NCBI GenBank assembly: GCA_035301405.1
Contig: DATGUI010000079.1
Location: forward strand, 1 to 39,145
From: Burkholderiaceae bacterium
GTDB lineage: Bacteria > Pseudomonadota > Gammaproteobacteria > Burkholderiales > Burkholderiaceae_B
Length of the DNA stretch: 39,145 bases
Direction: 5' to 3'
Position numbers and translations under genes: made by a program. The number at the start of each line of letters is the position of its first letter. Position 1 is the first letter of the stretch. The notes under the pieces were generated by a model that was not told the DNA's origin, ran no database searches, and worked only from the letters and a program-made list of their open reading frames with translations. Positions 19,977 through 29,783 of the stretch are shown here, piece by piece.

Positions 19977-22343
19977 TCAGGCACGCTCCACAGTAACTTC
20001 ACCCGAGCTGCTTCCCAGCGCCTGGGTTTCAGAAAAAGCCGCTACCAACCGTAACACACCCGGTGCTACCGTGGCATCTTCCTGTGCAGGCAGCGTGATT
20101 TCGCCTTCCCGGGAACGAATCCGAACCGCGTCGCCCGTGGCCACGCCCAGACTCTGCATGTGGGCGGGTGCCAGCCGGGCAACAGGCAGGGCCGACTGCG
20201 TGGTCTCCTGCAAGGGCTGCGAGCGCCGGACAATCATGTCGACACGATAGATGGGAACATCACCCAGGCGCTCCAGCACCAGGGAATCCGCACTGCCCGC
20301 GTTTGCCTGTGTCTCGGACACTTCGGCTGCGGTATCGGCGGCCGGGGTGGCTGTGATGCGGTTGGACAGCTGATCGCGGTAGTTGCCATCCAGGATGGCA
20401 TCGCGCACGGCTTCCGAGCTTTCCTCTTCAAAGCCTTGCAGCTCAAACAGGTTGCCCATGACGCGCAAGACCTTCCAGGCCGGACGGGTATCACCCAGCG
20501 CGGGCACCACGCCCTTGAAGCTTTGCGCCCTGCCTTCGGCGTTGACAAAGGTGCCGGATGTTTCGGTAAAGGGCGACACCGGCAGCATGACGTCTGCCCA
20601 GTCCTGGGCGGCGCTGCGATAAGGCGTGAGCGCGACCTTGAAGCCCCCCGCCTTGAGGGTGTCCAGCGCCAGGGCGCCGTTGTCGGCATCCAGTGCGGGC
20701 TCGGCCATGAGCACAATATAGGCTTGCAGCGGGTCGGCCAGCATTTGCTGCGCAGACAAGCCGCCGTTGGCCGGCACGGCCCTGGCCAGGTAGCCGCCGA
20801 CGGTATTGCCGCCTTCGGTGAGGAAACCCAGCGTGGCCCCCGTGGCCTTGGCCAATGCCTGGGCCTGGGCCAGAATCTGTGTCGCCCGGCTGGAGGTGAC
20901 GGCCTGGTTACCCATGAGGACGGCCACGCGCTCGCCCGACACCAGGCTGGCTGCGATTTGTGCAGCAGCATCGTCAGTTGCAGCCGGCGCGGTGTTGTCG
21001 TCTTGGGCCGCCCTGGCGTGATCCACGGCGCCGGCCACCTGGGCCAGTGCGGCAGGAATCTGGCTGGGGGCCACGGTCAGGCGACTGTGTACGGAAAACA
21101 GTGGGTCGTCGGCCGCAGATTCGATAAAGGACACCTGCGTGCCGGTCTTGACGGCCTGGCGCAAGCGTTGTGCCATCAGGGGATGCTCCTGGCGCAGATT
21201 GGACCCCACCACCAGCACGCGATCCAGCTTTTGCAGATCGGCAATGGGCATGCCCAGCCAGGGAACGCCCTCCAGCGCGTTGATGACATCCGGATCGGCA
21301 TGGCGCAGACGGAAGTCAATGTTTTCAGAGCCCAGGCTGCGCGTCAGGCGAGCCAGCAGGGAAAGCTCTTCGGTGGTGGCCAGCGAAGACGCCAGCGCGC
21401 CAATCTGCTGGGCACCGACTTCTTCGCGTACGGTATTGATGCCATCAATGGCCACCTGCAGGGCCTCGGTCCACGAGACCTCGCGCCACTGGCCGTCTTT
21501 TCCGCGTACATGCGGATGATGAAGACGGTCGCCGTGGTTCAATCCATCGTAGGCAAAGCGATCCCGGTCGGAAATCCAGCACTCGTTGACCTCTTCGTTT
21601 TCGTAGGGGACCACACGGGCCACGCCGCGACGGAAAACCTGTACCACCAGGTTGGCGCCCAGGCTGTCGTGCGGACTGATCGAACGACGCCGCGCCAGCT
21701 CCCAGGTGCGGGCAGACATCTTGTAGGGTTTGGACAGCAAGGCACCCACCGGGCAGATGTCGATCATGTTGCCGGACAGTTCGGACTCGACGGCCTCACC
21801 GACAAAGGTGGCGATTTCAGAGAACTCGCCTCGTTCCAGCATGGCCAGCTCCATGACGCCGCCAATTTCCTGGCCAAAGCGCACACAACGCGTGCAGTGA
21901 ATGCAGCGCTGCATGGCATCGGCAGAGATGAGCGGACCCATGGGTTTGACGGTGACCACGCGCTTGGCTTCGGTGTAACGCGAGGCCGAGGCGCCGTAGC
22001 CCACGGCCAGATCCTGAAGCTGGCACTCGCCGCCCTGGTCGCAGACCGGGCAGTCCAGCGGGTGGTTGATGAGCAGGAACTCCATGACGGACTTTTGAGC
22101 TTCAACCGCCGCCCGCGAACGGGTATGGACAACCATGCCGTTGGTGACCGGCGTGGCGCAGGCTGGCAAGGCCTTGGGAGATTTTTCAACCTCGACCAGA
22201 CACATGCGACAGTTGGCCGCAATGGTCAGTTTCTTGTGATAGCAGAAATGCGGCACGTACACGCCCAACCGGTGGGCAGCCTCAATAACCATGCTGCCTT
22301 CAGGAGCTTCAACCGTAATGCCGTCGATGGTAAGTTCAACCAT
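19977..22343 (-). CDS. nuoG: NADH-quinone oxidoreductase subunit G (75-kDa Fe-S subunit)
   Basis: 788 aa. It has an N-terminal 2Fe-2S ferredoxin fold ([19 protein letters not shown]), the [18 protein letters not shown] motif and [10 protein letters not shown], followed by a molybdopterin-oxidoreductase-like domain. Confidence 0.96.
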   Translation of the reverse strand: MVELTIDGITVEAPEGSMVIEAAHRLGVYVPHFCYHKKLTIAANCRMCLVEVEKSPKALPACATPVTNGMVVHTRSRAAVEAQKSVMEFLLINHPLDCPVCDQGGECQLQDLAVGYGASASRYTEAKRVVTVKPMGPLISADAMQRCIHCTRCVRFGQEIGGVMELAMLERGEFSEIATFVGEAVESELSGNMIDICPVGALLSKPYKMSARTWELARRRSISPHDSLGANLVVQVFRRGVARVVPYENEEVNECWISDRDRFAYDGLNHGDRLHHPHVRGKDGQWREVSWTEALQVAIDGINTVREEVGAQQIGALASSLATTEELSLLARLTRSLGSENIDFRLRHADPDVINALEGVPWLGMPIADLQKLDRVLVVGSNLRQEHPLMAQRLRQAVKTGTQVSFIESAADDPLFSVHSRLTVAPSQIPAALAQVAGAVDHARAAQDDNTAPAATDDAAAQIAASLVSGERVAVLMGNQAVTSSRATQILAQAQALAKATGATLGFLTEGGNTVGGYLARAVPANGGLSAQQMLADPLQAYIVLMAEPALDADNGALALDTLKAGGFKVALTPYRSAAQDWADVMLPVSPFTETSGTFVNAEGRAQSFKGVVPALGDTRPAWKVLRVMGNLFELQGFEEESSEAVRDAILDGNYRDQLSNRITATPAADTAAEVSETQANAGSADSLVLERLGDVPIYRVDMIVRRSQPLQETTQSALPVARLAPAHMQSLGVATGDAVRIRSREGEITLPAQEDATVAPGVLRLVAAFSETQALGSSSGEVTVERA

Positions 22344-22361
22344 TAGGGTACCTTGTGCCTA

Positions 22362-23753
22362 CTACAGATATTTGGCCACGACACATTCTTTGTTTTCAAT
22401 GTGGTGGACGAATTCATCGCGAAAGTGTTTGATAAAGCTGCGTACCGGCATGGCGGCTGCATCGGCCAGCGCACAGATGGTGCGACCCATCATGTTGAAG
22501 GCCACGGAATCCAGCAGCTCGAGATCTTCGGGGCGGCCCTGCCCGTGTTCGATACGGTGTACCACCCGCCACAACCAGCCCGTGCCTTCGCGACATGGCG
22601 TGCACTGGCCACAGCTTTCTTCAAAATAGAAGTACGACAGGCGCAGCAGGGATTTGACCATGCAGCGGGTTTCGTCCATGACGATGACGGCACCTGAACC
22701 CAGCATGGACCCGGCCTTGGCCAGGCTGTCAAAATCCATGGTGGTTTCCATCATGATGTCAGCCGGCAGCACGGGGGCACTGGAGCCGCCCGGAATGACT
22801 GCCTTCAATTTGCGCCCGCCGCGCATGCCGCCCGCCAGTTCCAGCAGTTCGGAAAACGGCGTGCCCATGGGGATTTCGTAGTTGCCGGGGAGCTCGACAT
22901 CGCCGGAAACGGAGAAGATCTTGGTGCCGCCGTTGTTGGGGATGCCCACCTCGTGAAACGCCTGACCCCCATTGAGGATGATCCAGGGCACGGCCGCAAA
23001 GGTTTCCGTGTTGTTGACGGTGGTGGGTTTGCCATACAGGCCATAGCTGGCCGGGAATGGCGGCTTGAAGCGGGGCTCGCCCTGCTTGCCCTCAAGGGAT
23101 TCCAGCAAGGCGGTTTCTTCGCCGCAGATATAGGCGCCAAAGCCGTGGAAGGCATGCAACTGGAAGCTGAAATCCGACCCAAAGAGCTTGTCGCCCAGAA
23201 AACCGGCCTCGCGGGCCTGTTCCAGCGCCTCTTCGAAGCGGTCGTAGATTTCAAAGACTTCGCCGTGAATATAGTTGTAGCCGACATCAATGCCCATGGC
23301 ATAGGCGGCAATGGCCATGCCTTCAATCACCATGTGGGGGTTGAAGCGCAGGATATCGCGGTCTTTGAAGGTGCCGGGTTCGCCTTCGTCGGAGTTGCAG
23401 ACCAGGTACTTCTGGCCGGGTATGCCGCGCGGCATGAAGCTCCATTTCAGGCCGGAGGGGAAGCCGGCGCCGCCCCGCCCACGCAGGGCAGAAGCCTTGA
23501 CTTCGGCAATGACGTCTTCCGGCTTCATGCCGGTGGTGAGCACTTTCTTGAGTGCCTCGTAGCCGCCCCGCTTGACGTAGTCCTCCAGACCCCAGTTGCT
23601 GCCATCCAGATCCGCCAGGATCATGGGGTCAATATGGCGACCGTGAAAGCTCATGCTGCGGGAGAGATCACCCGTGGGATTGGGGTCCAGGCCCTGGGCA
23701 AAGGTAAATCCATCGAGCGCGCCTGGGCGGACCAGTGTGGTGGTGGGAGTCAT
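22362..23753 (-). CDS. nuoF: NADH-quinone oxidoreductase subunit F (NADH/FMN-binding)
   Basis: 463 aa with [29 protein letters not shown] and [12 protein letters not shown] motifs. Its ATG overlaps the nuoE stop (ATGA). Confidence 0.96.
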   Translation of the reverse strand: MTPTTTLVRPGALDGFTFAQGLDPNPTGDLSRSMSFHGRHIDPMILADLDGSNWGLEDYVKRGGYEALKKVLTTGMKPEDVIAEVKASALRGRGGAGFPSGLKWSFMPRGIPGQKYLVCNSDEGEPGTFKDRDILRFNPHMVIEGMAIAAYAMGIDVGYNYIHGEVFEIYDRFEEALEQAREAGFLGDKLFGSDFSFQLHAFHGFGAYICGEETALLESLEGKQGEPRFKPPFPASYGLYGKPTTVNNTETFAAVPWIILNGGQAFHEVGIPNNGGTKIFSVSGDVELPGNYEIPMGTPFSELLELAGGMRGGRKLKAVIPGGSSAPVLPADIMMETTMDFDSLAKAGSMLGSGAVIVMDETRCMVKSLLRLSYFYFEESCGQCTPCREGTGWLWRVVHRIEHGQGRPEDLELLDSVAFNMMGRTICALADAAAMPVRSFIKHFRDEFVHHIENKECVVAKYL

Positions 23754-24247
23754 GGGGTTTCCTCCGATTTGCGCTTGAGTTCTTCAATCATGGCGTCGAT
23801 ACGTTCCGGCTGCATGTGCACGCACATGTGGCGGTCGTTCACCAGCAGCACGGGGGAGTCACCGCAAGACCCCATGCACTCCCCTTCGGTCAGGGTGAAC
23901 ATGCCGTCTTCGGTGGTTTCGCCTGCGGAGATGCCCAGCTTGTCCTTGAGGTATTCCATGGTTTGCACGCCTTCGCGCAGCGCACACGGCAGGTTGGTGC
24001 AAACCGTGATCTTGTACTGACCGACCGGTTGCGTATTGAACATGTCGTAGAAGGTGGCCACCTGCTGGACCGCCACCGGGGGCTGATCCAGATGTTCCGC
24101 CACCTCACGCATGAGGTCGGTGGACAGCCAGCCCAGCTCCTGCTGGGCAATGGCCAGCGCCGCCATGATGGCGGACCGCTTCTGGTCAGCGGGGAATTTG
24201 ATCAGCTCTTTATCAATGCGTTGATAGGCCTGTTCGGAAAGCAACAT
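23750..24247 (-). CDS. nuoE: NADH-quinone oxidoreductase subunit E (2Fe-2S)
   Basis: 165 aa with a thioredoxin-like 2Fe-2S pattern (VCTNLPC ... CMGSCGDSP). Confidence 0.95.
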   Translation of the reverse strand: MLLSEQAYQRIDKELIKFPADQKRSAIMAALAIAQQELGWLSTDLMREVAEHLDQPPVAVQQVATFYDMFNTQPVGQYKITVCTNLPCALREGVQTMEYLKDKLGISAGETTEDGMFTLTEGECMGSCGDSPVLLVNDRHMCVHMQPERIDAMIEELKRKSEETP

Positions 24248-24288
24248 AACTCGTATCCGGAATGCGTGGTAAACCCGGGCGCAACCGC

Positions 24289-25545
24289 CTAGCGGTCGAT
24301 TTCCCCGAAGACGATATCCTGGGTACCGATAATCGTCACGGCGTCTGAAAGCATGTGCCCGCGGGACATTTCATCCAGCGACTGCAGGTGGGCAAACCCG
24401 GGGGCGCGGATCTTCATGCGGTAAGGCTTGTTGGCGCCATCGGACACCATGTAGATGCCGAACTCGCCCTTGGGGTGCTCGACGGCGGCATAGGCCTCGC
24501 CCTCGGGAACCTGAAATCCCTCTGAAAACAGCTTGAAGTGGTGAATCATGTCTTCCATGCCGGTCTTCATTTTCTCGCGGCTGGGCGGTGCAATCTTGTG
24601 GTTGTCCACAATGACGGGGCCGGGGTTGTTGCGCAGCCACTCCAGGCACTGGCGAATGATGCGATTGCTTTCGCGCAGCTCGGCAATGCGCACCAGATAG
24701 CGGTCATAGCTGTCACCGTTGACGCCTACGGGGACGTCAAACTCGACGCGGTCATAAGCCGCATAGGGCTGCATGCGACGGAGATCCCATTCGACACCGG
24801 AGCCGCGCAGCATGGGGCCGGTAAAGCCAATGGCCTTGGCGCGATCGGGGTCAACCACCCCGACACCCACCAGACGCTGCTTCCAGATGCGGTTGTCGGT
24901 AAGCAGGGTTTCGTATTCGTCAATGCAGGCCGGGAAGCGGTTGGTGAAATCTTCAATGAAGTCCAGTAACGAACCACTGCGTGCTTCGTTCATGGCCTTG
25001 AGTTCTTTCTCGCCCCGGTAACGGCTGCCTTCACCATACTGCGGCATGGTGTCGGGCAGGTCGCGGTAGACCCCGCCCGGGCGGTAGTAGGCCGCGTGCA
25101 TGCGGGCACCCGAGACGGCTTCGTAGCAGTCCATGAGGTCTTCGCGCTCGCGGAAGGCATACAGAAACACCGCCATGGCGCCGACGTCAAGCGCGTGCGA
25201 CCCCAACGACATCAGGTGGTTGAGGATGCGGGTGATTTCGTCAAACATGGTGCGGATGTACTGCGCCCGCAGCGGGACTTCAATACCCAGGAGGCGTTCG
25301 ACCGCCAGCACGTAGGCGTGCTCGTTGCACATCATGGAGACGTAGTCGAGCCGGTCCATGTAGGGCAGCGCCTGGACGAAGGTCTTGTGCTCGGCGAGCT
25401 TTTCGGTTGCGCGGTGCAACAAGCCAATGTGGGGGTCGGCCCGCTGGACGACTTCACCGTCCATTTCGAGCACCAGGCGCAGCACACCGTGCGCGGCCGG
25501 ATGCTGCGGCCCAAAGTTGAGGGTGTAGTTCTTGATTTCAGCCAT
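24289..25545 (-). CDS. nuoD: NADH-quinone oxidoreductase subunit D
   Basis: 418 aa. The product [31 protein letters not shown]...GEIDR is canonical NuoD. It is separate from nuoC, not the fused NuoCD of E. coli. Confidence 0.96.
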   Translation of the reverse strand: MAEIKNYTLNFGPQHPAAHGVLRLVLEMDGEVVQRADPHIGLLHRATEKLAEHKTFVQALPYMDRLDYVSMMCNEHAYVLAVERLLGIEVPLRAQYIRTMFDEITRILNHLMSLGSHALDVGAMAVFLYAFREREDLMDCYEAVSGARMHAAYYRPGGVYRDLPDTMPQYGEGSRYRGEKELKAMNEARSGSLLDFIEDFTNRFPACIDEYETLLTDNRIWKQRLVGVGVVDPDRAKAIGFTGPMLRGSGVEWDLRRMQPYAAYDRVEFDVPVGVNGDSYDRYLVRIAELRESNRIIRQCLEWLRNNPGPVIVDNHKIAPPSREKMKTGMEDMIHHFKLFSEGFQVPEGEAYAAVEHPKGEFGIYMVSDGANKPYRMKIRAPGFAHLQSLDEMSRGHMLSDAVTIIGTQDIVFGEIDR

Positions 25546-25547
25546 GG

Positions 25548-26159
25548 TCAGCGCCCTACTCCGTAACCTTCTTCGCGTACCACCCGTGGCGTGAGCTCGC
25601 GTGGCTCAATGGTGACAGGCTGGTAAATGACACGTTGCTGCTCGGCGTCGTAACGCATTTCCACATAACCTGACAGGGGGAAGTCCTTGCGGAAGGGATG
25701 GCCGATAAACCCATAGTCCGTCAGAATGCGGCGGAGGTCGGGGTGGCCATCAAAGATGATGCCGTAGAGGTCAAAGGCCTCGCGTTCGTACCAGTTGACT
25801 GCCGGCCAGACATCCACCAGCGAGTCAATGAGGGGGAATTCATCGTCCGTGCAATAGCCGCGCACCCGCAACCGCCAGTTGTGGGTGGTGGACAGCAATT
25901 GCAGCACCACGGCAAAGCGATGGGGGTGCGGGCCGGTGCCCACGTCAAAGGTGGGCGCCCGCCACGCGGAGTAGTCAATGCCGCAGAGATCAATGCAGGT
26001 GTCCAGGGAGAGATCAGCGTGATCACGCAGCGTGGTGCAGGTTTCTACCCAGGCGGCCTCGGGCACGACAAGGGTGAGTTCATTGCGGTCGAGCGTGAGG
26101 GATGCGGATTCGCCCAGGACATTCAGAAGATTGGCTTGCAGCGTTTCGATTCGAGTCAT
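25548..26159 (-). CDS. nuoC: NADH-quinone oxidoreductase subunit C
   Basis: 203 aa from the ATG at 26159 ([16 protein letters not shown]...). The conserved segment is [23 protein letters not shown]. The track ORF up to 26366 overlaps nuoB and that extension is not protein-like. Confidence 0.94.
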   Translation of the reverse strand: MTRIETLQANLLNVLGESASLTLDRNELTLVVPEAAWVETCTTLRDHADLSLDTCIDLCGIDYSAWRAPTFDVGTGPHPHRFAVVLQLLSTTHNWRLRVRGYCTDDEFPLIDSLVDVWPAVNWYEREAFDLYGIIFDGHPDLRRILTDYGFIGHPFRKDFPLSGYVEMRYDAEQQRVIYQPVTIEPRELTPRVVREEGYGVGR

Positions 26160-26199
26160 ATCTGAAACAGAGAATGGGGTGAATGTGACAACTGATCGA

Positions 26200-26676
26200 T
26201 CAGCGGGCGATGGTGTTGGTGAGGCGGATCTTGTTCTGCATTTGCAGCAGCCCATAGACCAGCGCCTGGGCCGTGGGCGGACAACCCGGCACGTAGATGT
26301 CCACCGGCACGATGCGGTCACAGCCGCGCACCACGGAGTAGGAATAGTGATAGTAGCCACCCCCATTGGCGCAGGAGCCCATGGAGACCACCCAACGGGG
26401 CTCGGGCATCTGGTCGTAGACCTTGCGCAGGGCAGGTGCCATCTTGTTGCACAAGGTGCCTGCCACGATCATGAGGTCAGACTGACGCGGCGTGGGCCGG
26501 AAAATGATGCCGAACTGGTCCAGATCGTACCGGGCGGCGCCGGCGTGCATCATTTCGACCGCGCAGCACGCCAGGCCGAATGTCATGGGCCAGAGCGACC
26601 CGGTCTTGGCCCAGTTCAGAAACTTGTCTGCACTGGTGGTAATGAAACCTTCTTTCATGATGCCATCAATAGCCAT
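26200..26676 (-). CDS. nuoB: NADH-quinone oxidoreductase subunit B
   Basis: 158 aa. [44 protein letters not shown] is typical of beta-proteobacterial NuoB. An AGGA Shine-Dalgarno sits 8 nt upstream. Confidence 0.96.
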   Translation of the reverse strand: MAIDGIMKEGFITTSADKFLNWAKTGSLWPMTFGLACCAVEMMHAGAARYDLDQFGIIFRPTPRQSDLMIVAGTLCNKMAPALRKVYDQMPEPRWVVSMGSCANGGGYYHYSYSVVRGCDRIVPVDIYVPGCPPTAQALVYGLLQMQNKIRLTNTIAR

Positions 26677-26773
26677 AATTTATCCTGTACTTGCGCCCCT
26701 GACATGAGCGGGGCCAACAGCATTCAGCATAACTGCCGCGCACTGTTTTTCAGGGAATTCCCCTATATAACCA

Positions 26774-26787
26774 GTGTGTTAACACAC
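26774..26787. repeat. Perfect 14-bp palindrome GTGTGTTAACACAC inside the nuoA-nuoB spacer
   Basis: Read directly from the sequence. In the minus-strand transcript it extends to CUGGUGUG-UUAA-CACACUGG when two G-U pairs are allowed. GGGAATTCCC (26753-26762) and CCGCC-T-GGCGG (26796-26806) lie on either side. Confidence 0.8.
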
Positions 26788-26810
26788 CAGCCCAACCGCC
26801 TGGCGGAGGA

Positions 26811-27176
26811 TTACTCCCAGTCGAGCGCGCCCTTTTTCCATTCGTATATGAAACCCACCACCAGAATGCCGAGAAACACCATGACCGTGCCAAAACCCAC
26901 CAGGCCCACCTGGCCGCTGGCAATGGCCCACGGGAAGAGGAAGGCAATTTCCAGATCAAACATGATGAAAAGGATGGCGATGAGGTAGTAGCGGATGTCA
27001 AACCGCATGCGGGAGTCGTCAAACGCCTCGAAACCGCATTCGTAGGGGGAGAGCTTTTCGGCATAGGGGCGGTGCGGGCCAAGCAGGCGGCCGGCGATCA
27101 GGAGCGCAACGCCCAGGGCGGTAGCAATGACTACAAAAAGGAGAACGGGAAAGTATTCTGCAAGGTGTGTATGCAT
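26811..27176 (-). CDS. nuoA: NADH-quinone oxidoreductase subunit A
   Basis: 121 aa from the ATG at 27176 ([21 protein letters not shown]...PYECGFEAF...[11 protein letters not shown]). The track ORF start at 27236 adds 20 non-homologous residues. Confidence 0.94.
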   Translation of the reverse strand: MHTHLAEYFPVLLFVVIATALGVALLIAGRLLGPHRPYAEKLSPYECGFEAFDDSRMRFDIRYYLIAILFIMFDLEIAFLFPWAIASGQVGLVGFGTVMVFLGILVVGFIYEWKKGALDWE

Positions 27177-27239
27177 AACTGATTGCCCTGGCGAAAATGC
27201 CGGTGACGCGATACCGCATGCCGATAAGAAAACCATCTG

Positions 27240-27248
27240 ATTGTAGCA
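27240..27248 (-). promoter_or_regulatory. Candidate extended -10 promoter element (TGcTACAAT) for the nuo operon
   Basis: The minus strand reads ...GCAAAATGCTACAATCAGATGG..., about 64 nt upstream of the nuoA ATG. I saw no good -35 box. This rests on sequence pattern only. Confidence 0.3.
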
Positions 27249-27361
27249 TTTTGCACAAACAAAATCGCGGTGCTCGTGCTTTGGTTGATCAGGCGTAAAC
27301 GGCGGGCGGCTTTCTTTTGGCGAAGCGGATGAGTGTTGGCTGCAAGCGCCAGTTCAGTGTG

Positions 27362-27401
27362 ATGCAGAAAGCAGAAAACCACCCGCAGAGGGGTGGTTTT
27401 C
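27362..27401 (-). terminator. Rho-independent terminator downstream of the porin gene
   Basis: The minus strand reads GAAAACCACCC-CTCTGC-GGGTGGTTTTC followed by TGCTTTCTG. This is a perfect 10-11 bp GC-rich stem with a 6-nt loop and a T-rich tail, about 87 nt after the porin stop. Confidence 0.7.
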
Positions 27402-27487
27402 TTGTGCCAGACCGAAGCCTGGCGCCGGTTCCTGCTGACCACCCAAGGTGGCCAGCTTCACGTGCATAGACGAGCTATGCGTTGGGA

Positions 27488-28675
27488 TTAGAAGCGGTGG
27501 GTAATACCAGCGGCAACAGTTGTTGACTTCTGATGACGTACAAAATCTACGTTCTTTTTGTATGCACCGTAAGCATACACATCAGTACGCTTGGACAGTG
27601 GGTATTTGTACCCCAAGGCGTATGTATGCTGCTTTTTGAAATCAATACTTTCGCCCAGAGCGTCCTCCAAGTCCCTTATACGATCAGACTTGCCTCGTGG
27701 ATCAACCATAGTCCAGGAAGCCATAACCGTACCGGCACCGACCGGTGCGCTCAAACCAACCAGATAAGAGTTGGATTTAGCACCGTCATCATAAGGAGCA
27801 ACCGTATACGTATAAGGGGTGACGACGGGACCAATTGTCCAGAGCCCACGGCCACCACCAAACTCACCGTTACGGGTTTGGCCAAAGGCAGCTGAAACCT
27901 TCACAACCTCAAAGTCGTATGAAGCACCCAGGTTCCATTGGCGAAGTGTAACGTCTTCGTAGCCGGTGTTAGAACTGTTCTTCATCTGGTCATATGTCAG
28001 AGCAACACCGATGGGGCCGTTCGCGTAACGGATAGCAGCTGATACGGCACGGTTATTAGCGTCATCTTCGCCGGAAAACTTATACAGTTGCTCACCATCG
28101 TGGTTAAACGAGTAAGCTACACCAAACTGGAAGCCCGAGAAGTTGGGGGTATCGTAGCGGATGGTGTTATCCATGCGGTTGGTATTGATGGCACGGAATG
28201 CTTCGCCACCGTTAGCCAGCCCGAAGCCACCACCGAAGGGGTCAACCATGCCCAGCATGTAGTCAGTACCAACGTTGTGCTGGCGACCAAAACGCAGGCT
28301 GCCCCAATTATCACCAGCCAAACCTACCCAAGCTTGACGACCAAACAGTCGCCCACCTTGCATAGAGCCCCCGTGAGTCACATTAAACCCACTTTCAAGC
28401 ATAAACTCGGCACGCAGACCATTACCCAGGTCCTCGGTACCTTTCAGGCCCCAGCGGCTTCCAGCCTGACCGGTGTTGTGGCCATCATAAATGCCGGTAC
28501 GCGTAGCTTTGGTGCGCGTAAAATCACCGTTGGAATCGACACCATCAATGATACCTTTGTCACGCTCGTAGGAAATACCGGTATCGATAATACCGTAGAG
28601 CGTCACCGAGGTTTCGGCTTGAGCGACGCCGGCGAAGCCGACTGCCAGTGCAGCAGCAAGAAGAGTCTTTTTCAT
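27488..28675 (-). CDS. Outer-membrane trimeric porin (Gram-negative porin family, Bordetella/Neisseria type)
   Basis: 395 aa. The signal peptide is MKKTLLAAALAVGFAGVAQA-ETSVTLYGIIDTGI. Beta-strand-type alternation runs throughout, with an internal GRLFGRQAWVGL block and the C-terminal ...AAGITHRF with terminal Phe. A GGAGAA Shine-Dalgarno sits upstream. Confidence 0.93.
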   Translation of the reverse strand: MKKTLLAAALAVGFAGVAQAETSVTLYGIIDTGISYERDKGIIDGVDSNGDFTRTKATRTGIYDGHNTGQAGSRWGLKGTEDLGNGLRAEFMLESGFNVTHGGSMQGGRLFGRQAWVGLAGDNWGSLRFGRQHNVGTDYMLGMVDPFGGGFGLANGGEAFRAINTNRMDNTIRYDTPNFSGFQFGVAYSFNHDGEQLYKFSGEDDANNRAVSAAIRYANGPIGVALTYDQMKNSSNTGYEDVTLRQWNLGASYDFEVVKVSAAFGQTRNGEFGGGRGLWTIGPVVTPYTYTVAPYDDGAKSNSYLVGLSAPVGAGTVMASWTMVDPRGKSDRIRDLEDALGESIDFKKQHTYALGYKYPLSKRTDVYAYGAYKKNVDFVRHQKSTTVAAGITHRF

Positions 28676-29270
28676 ATCAAAAATTCTCCGATAGTTTTTT
28701 GAGTAACAAGAGCAGCTACTGCAAAGACTGTGCTGCTGCCCTTTTCAACTCCGCAAAGGGAAGTTGTTGCTATTGCATCAAAATTCTGGACAGGTGACCA
28801 TCATTCGTGCCTGAAAAGCTTGGTTTTCTTAACACTGTGTTGGTTTGATGCCACAAAACTGTTGTTTTGGTGTTCGACAGGGCGCTGTACGCGTTGCATT
28901 GCTCTGTTTTGCATGCCAGCCAAGAAACAACTGGCTACAAACTACTGCAGTGGCGCCTGCCGTCTGCCTGATTGAATTATGGCAAGCTACCTGCCCCTGG
29001 GGCAACCAAATGGCGCTGGTTTGCCTATATAGGGGCGTGAAGCATGGCGTAAATACAACAGTGCCCCCAATCGGGCTGTTTTGCGCTGGATGTCTTAGCA
29101 TCCTCCAATTCCTGGAGGTCAGTTCAAATCTGGAGTGATTCAACTCTCGGTTAGTACGGATGTCCTGCACTGGACAGGTACGCTATGACAAATGGGCTTA
29201 GTAGTGAAGCGAAGCCGTCCATCCATCCGCATACTCCACAAGAGCCTGTCACTCACCAACCGGAATCCCC

Positions 29271-29672
29271 ATGAACGACGAACAGCAATTGGTCATTTTT
29301 GAAGGAGAGGCCGGACAGGTCGAAGTACGGCTGGAAGGCGAGTCTGTGTGGCTCAGCCTGCAGCAAATGGCAGACTTATTCGGCAGAGACAGGTCGGTGA
29401 TCTCCCGCCAGCTGAAGAGTATTTTCACCACTGGGGAGTTAACGCGAGAAGGAACCGTTGCAAAAAATGCAACGGTTCAAATCGAAGGGAATCGGGAAGT
29501 CATACGACAAATCGAATACTACAACCTAGACACCATTATTTCTGTAGGCTACCGCGTCAACTCGACACGCGCTACCCGTTTCCGCCAATGGGCCACCACT
29601 ATTCCGCCAGATAAACATCTTATAGAGACAAGGAATGGCAGAAGGTGGCAACCACCGAGGATTTCTCGGTAG
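29271..29672 (+). pseudogene. Truncated RhuM-family (virulence protein RhuM-like) gene remnant
   Basis: The first ~110 codons match the RhuM-family N-terminus as I remember it: VIFEGEAGQVEVRLEGESVWLSLQQMADLF...VQIEGNREV.R.IEYYNLDTIISVGYRVNSTRATRFRQWAT. Similarity stops near 29600, and a stop follows after 23 unrelated codons. Full-length family members are roughly three times longer. Confidence 0.7.
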
Positions 29673-29703
29673 TTCGCCAGGAAGGCCACCACCATTCTGA
29701 ACG

Positions 29704-29737
29704 CAAAAAACCCGCATGAAGCTATTCCATGCGGGTT
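29704..29737 (-). terminator. Rho-independent terminator of the tpiA-secG-tRNA-Leu transcript
   Basis: The minus strand reads AACCCGCATG-GAATAGCTT-CATGCGGGTT followed by TTTTTTGCG. This is a 10-bp stem plus a T6 tract, 47 nt downstream of the tRNA-Leu(GAG) 3' end. Confidence 0.85.
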
Positions 29738-29783
29738 TCCGATACTTCCATCAGCAGTTATGCAACATACTGATTTTAAAATC

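Noticed and set aside
22362-23753. About 30 extra N-terminal residues on NuoF ([33 protein letters not shown]...) as a possible novel extension
   Set aside because: The long form gives the ATGA overlap with nuoE typical of this operon, and N-terminal length varies among NuoF orthologues. An internal Met (MSFHGRH) is possible, but nothing unusual can be concluded from the sequence alone.
26160-26366. N-terminal extensions in the ORF track: nuoC to 26366, livM to 37082, mfd from 7077, ispF to 6494, nuoA to 27236, nuoH to 20002, livH to 37687
   Set aside because: Each extension overlaps the neighbouring gene and has non-protein-like composition. In each case an internal ATG reproduces the conserved family N-terminus and gives a classic short gap or ATGA/TAATG junction.
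28831-28845. AACAC-T-GTGTT palindrome upstream of the porin shares the GTGTT/AACAC half-site with the nuoA-nuoB palindrome GTGTGTTAACACAC. This could be a common regulator site.
   Set aside because: The shared unit is only 5 bp and the arm arrangement is inverted versus everted. It is expected by chance in 39 kb, and I cannot compute significance here.
29088-29134. tRNA-like look: two adjacent 5-bp hairpins followed by a GTCAG-TTCAAAT-CTGGA T-arm-like motif. This could be a tRNA/tmRNA fragment or an att-site remnant.
   Set aside because: No acceptor stem or CCA can be formed. The 7-nt loop AATTCCT lacks U33 and a purine at position 37. The T stem has only 3-4 pairs. The motif does not match the 3' end of the nearby tRNA-Leu(GAG). 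It is kept only as part of the structured non-coding region finding.
28829-29170. ORFs of 113 aa (minus) and 97 aa (plus, 28845-29138) in the porin upstream region
   Set aside because: They overlap each other on opposite strands. Both are rich in Cys/Arg/Trp/Gln, have no SD or recognisable motif, and lie in a low-GC region, so they are most likely non-coding.
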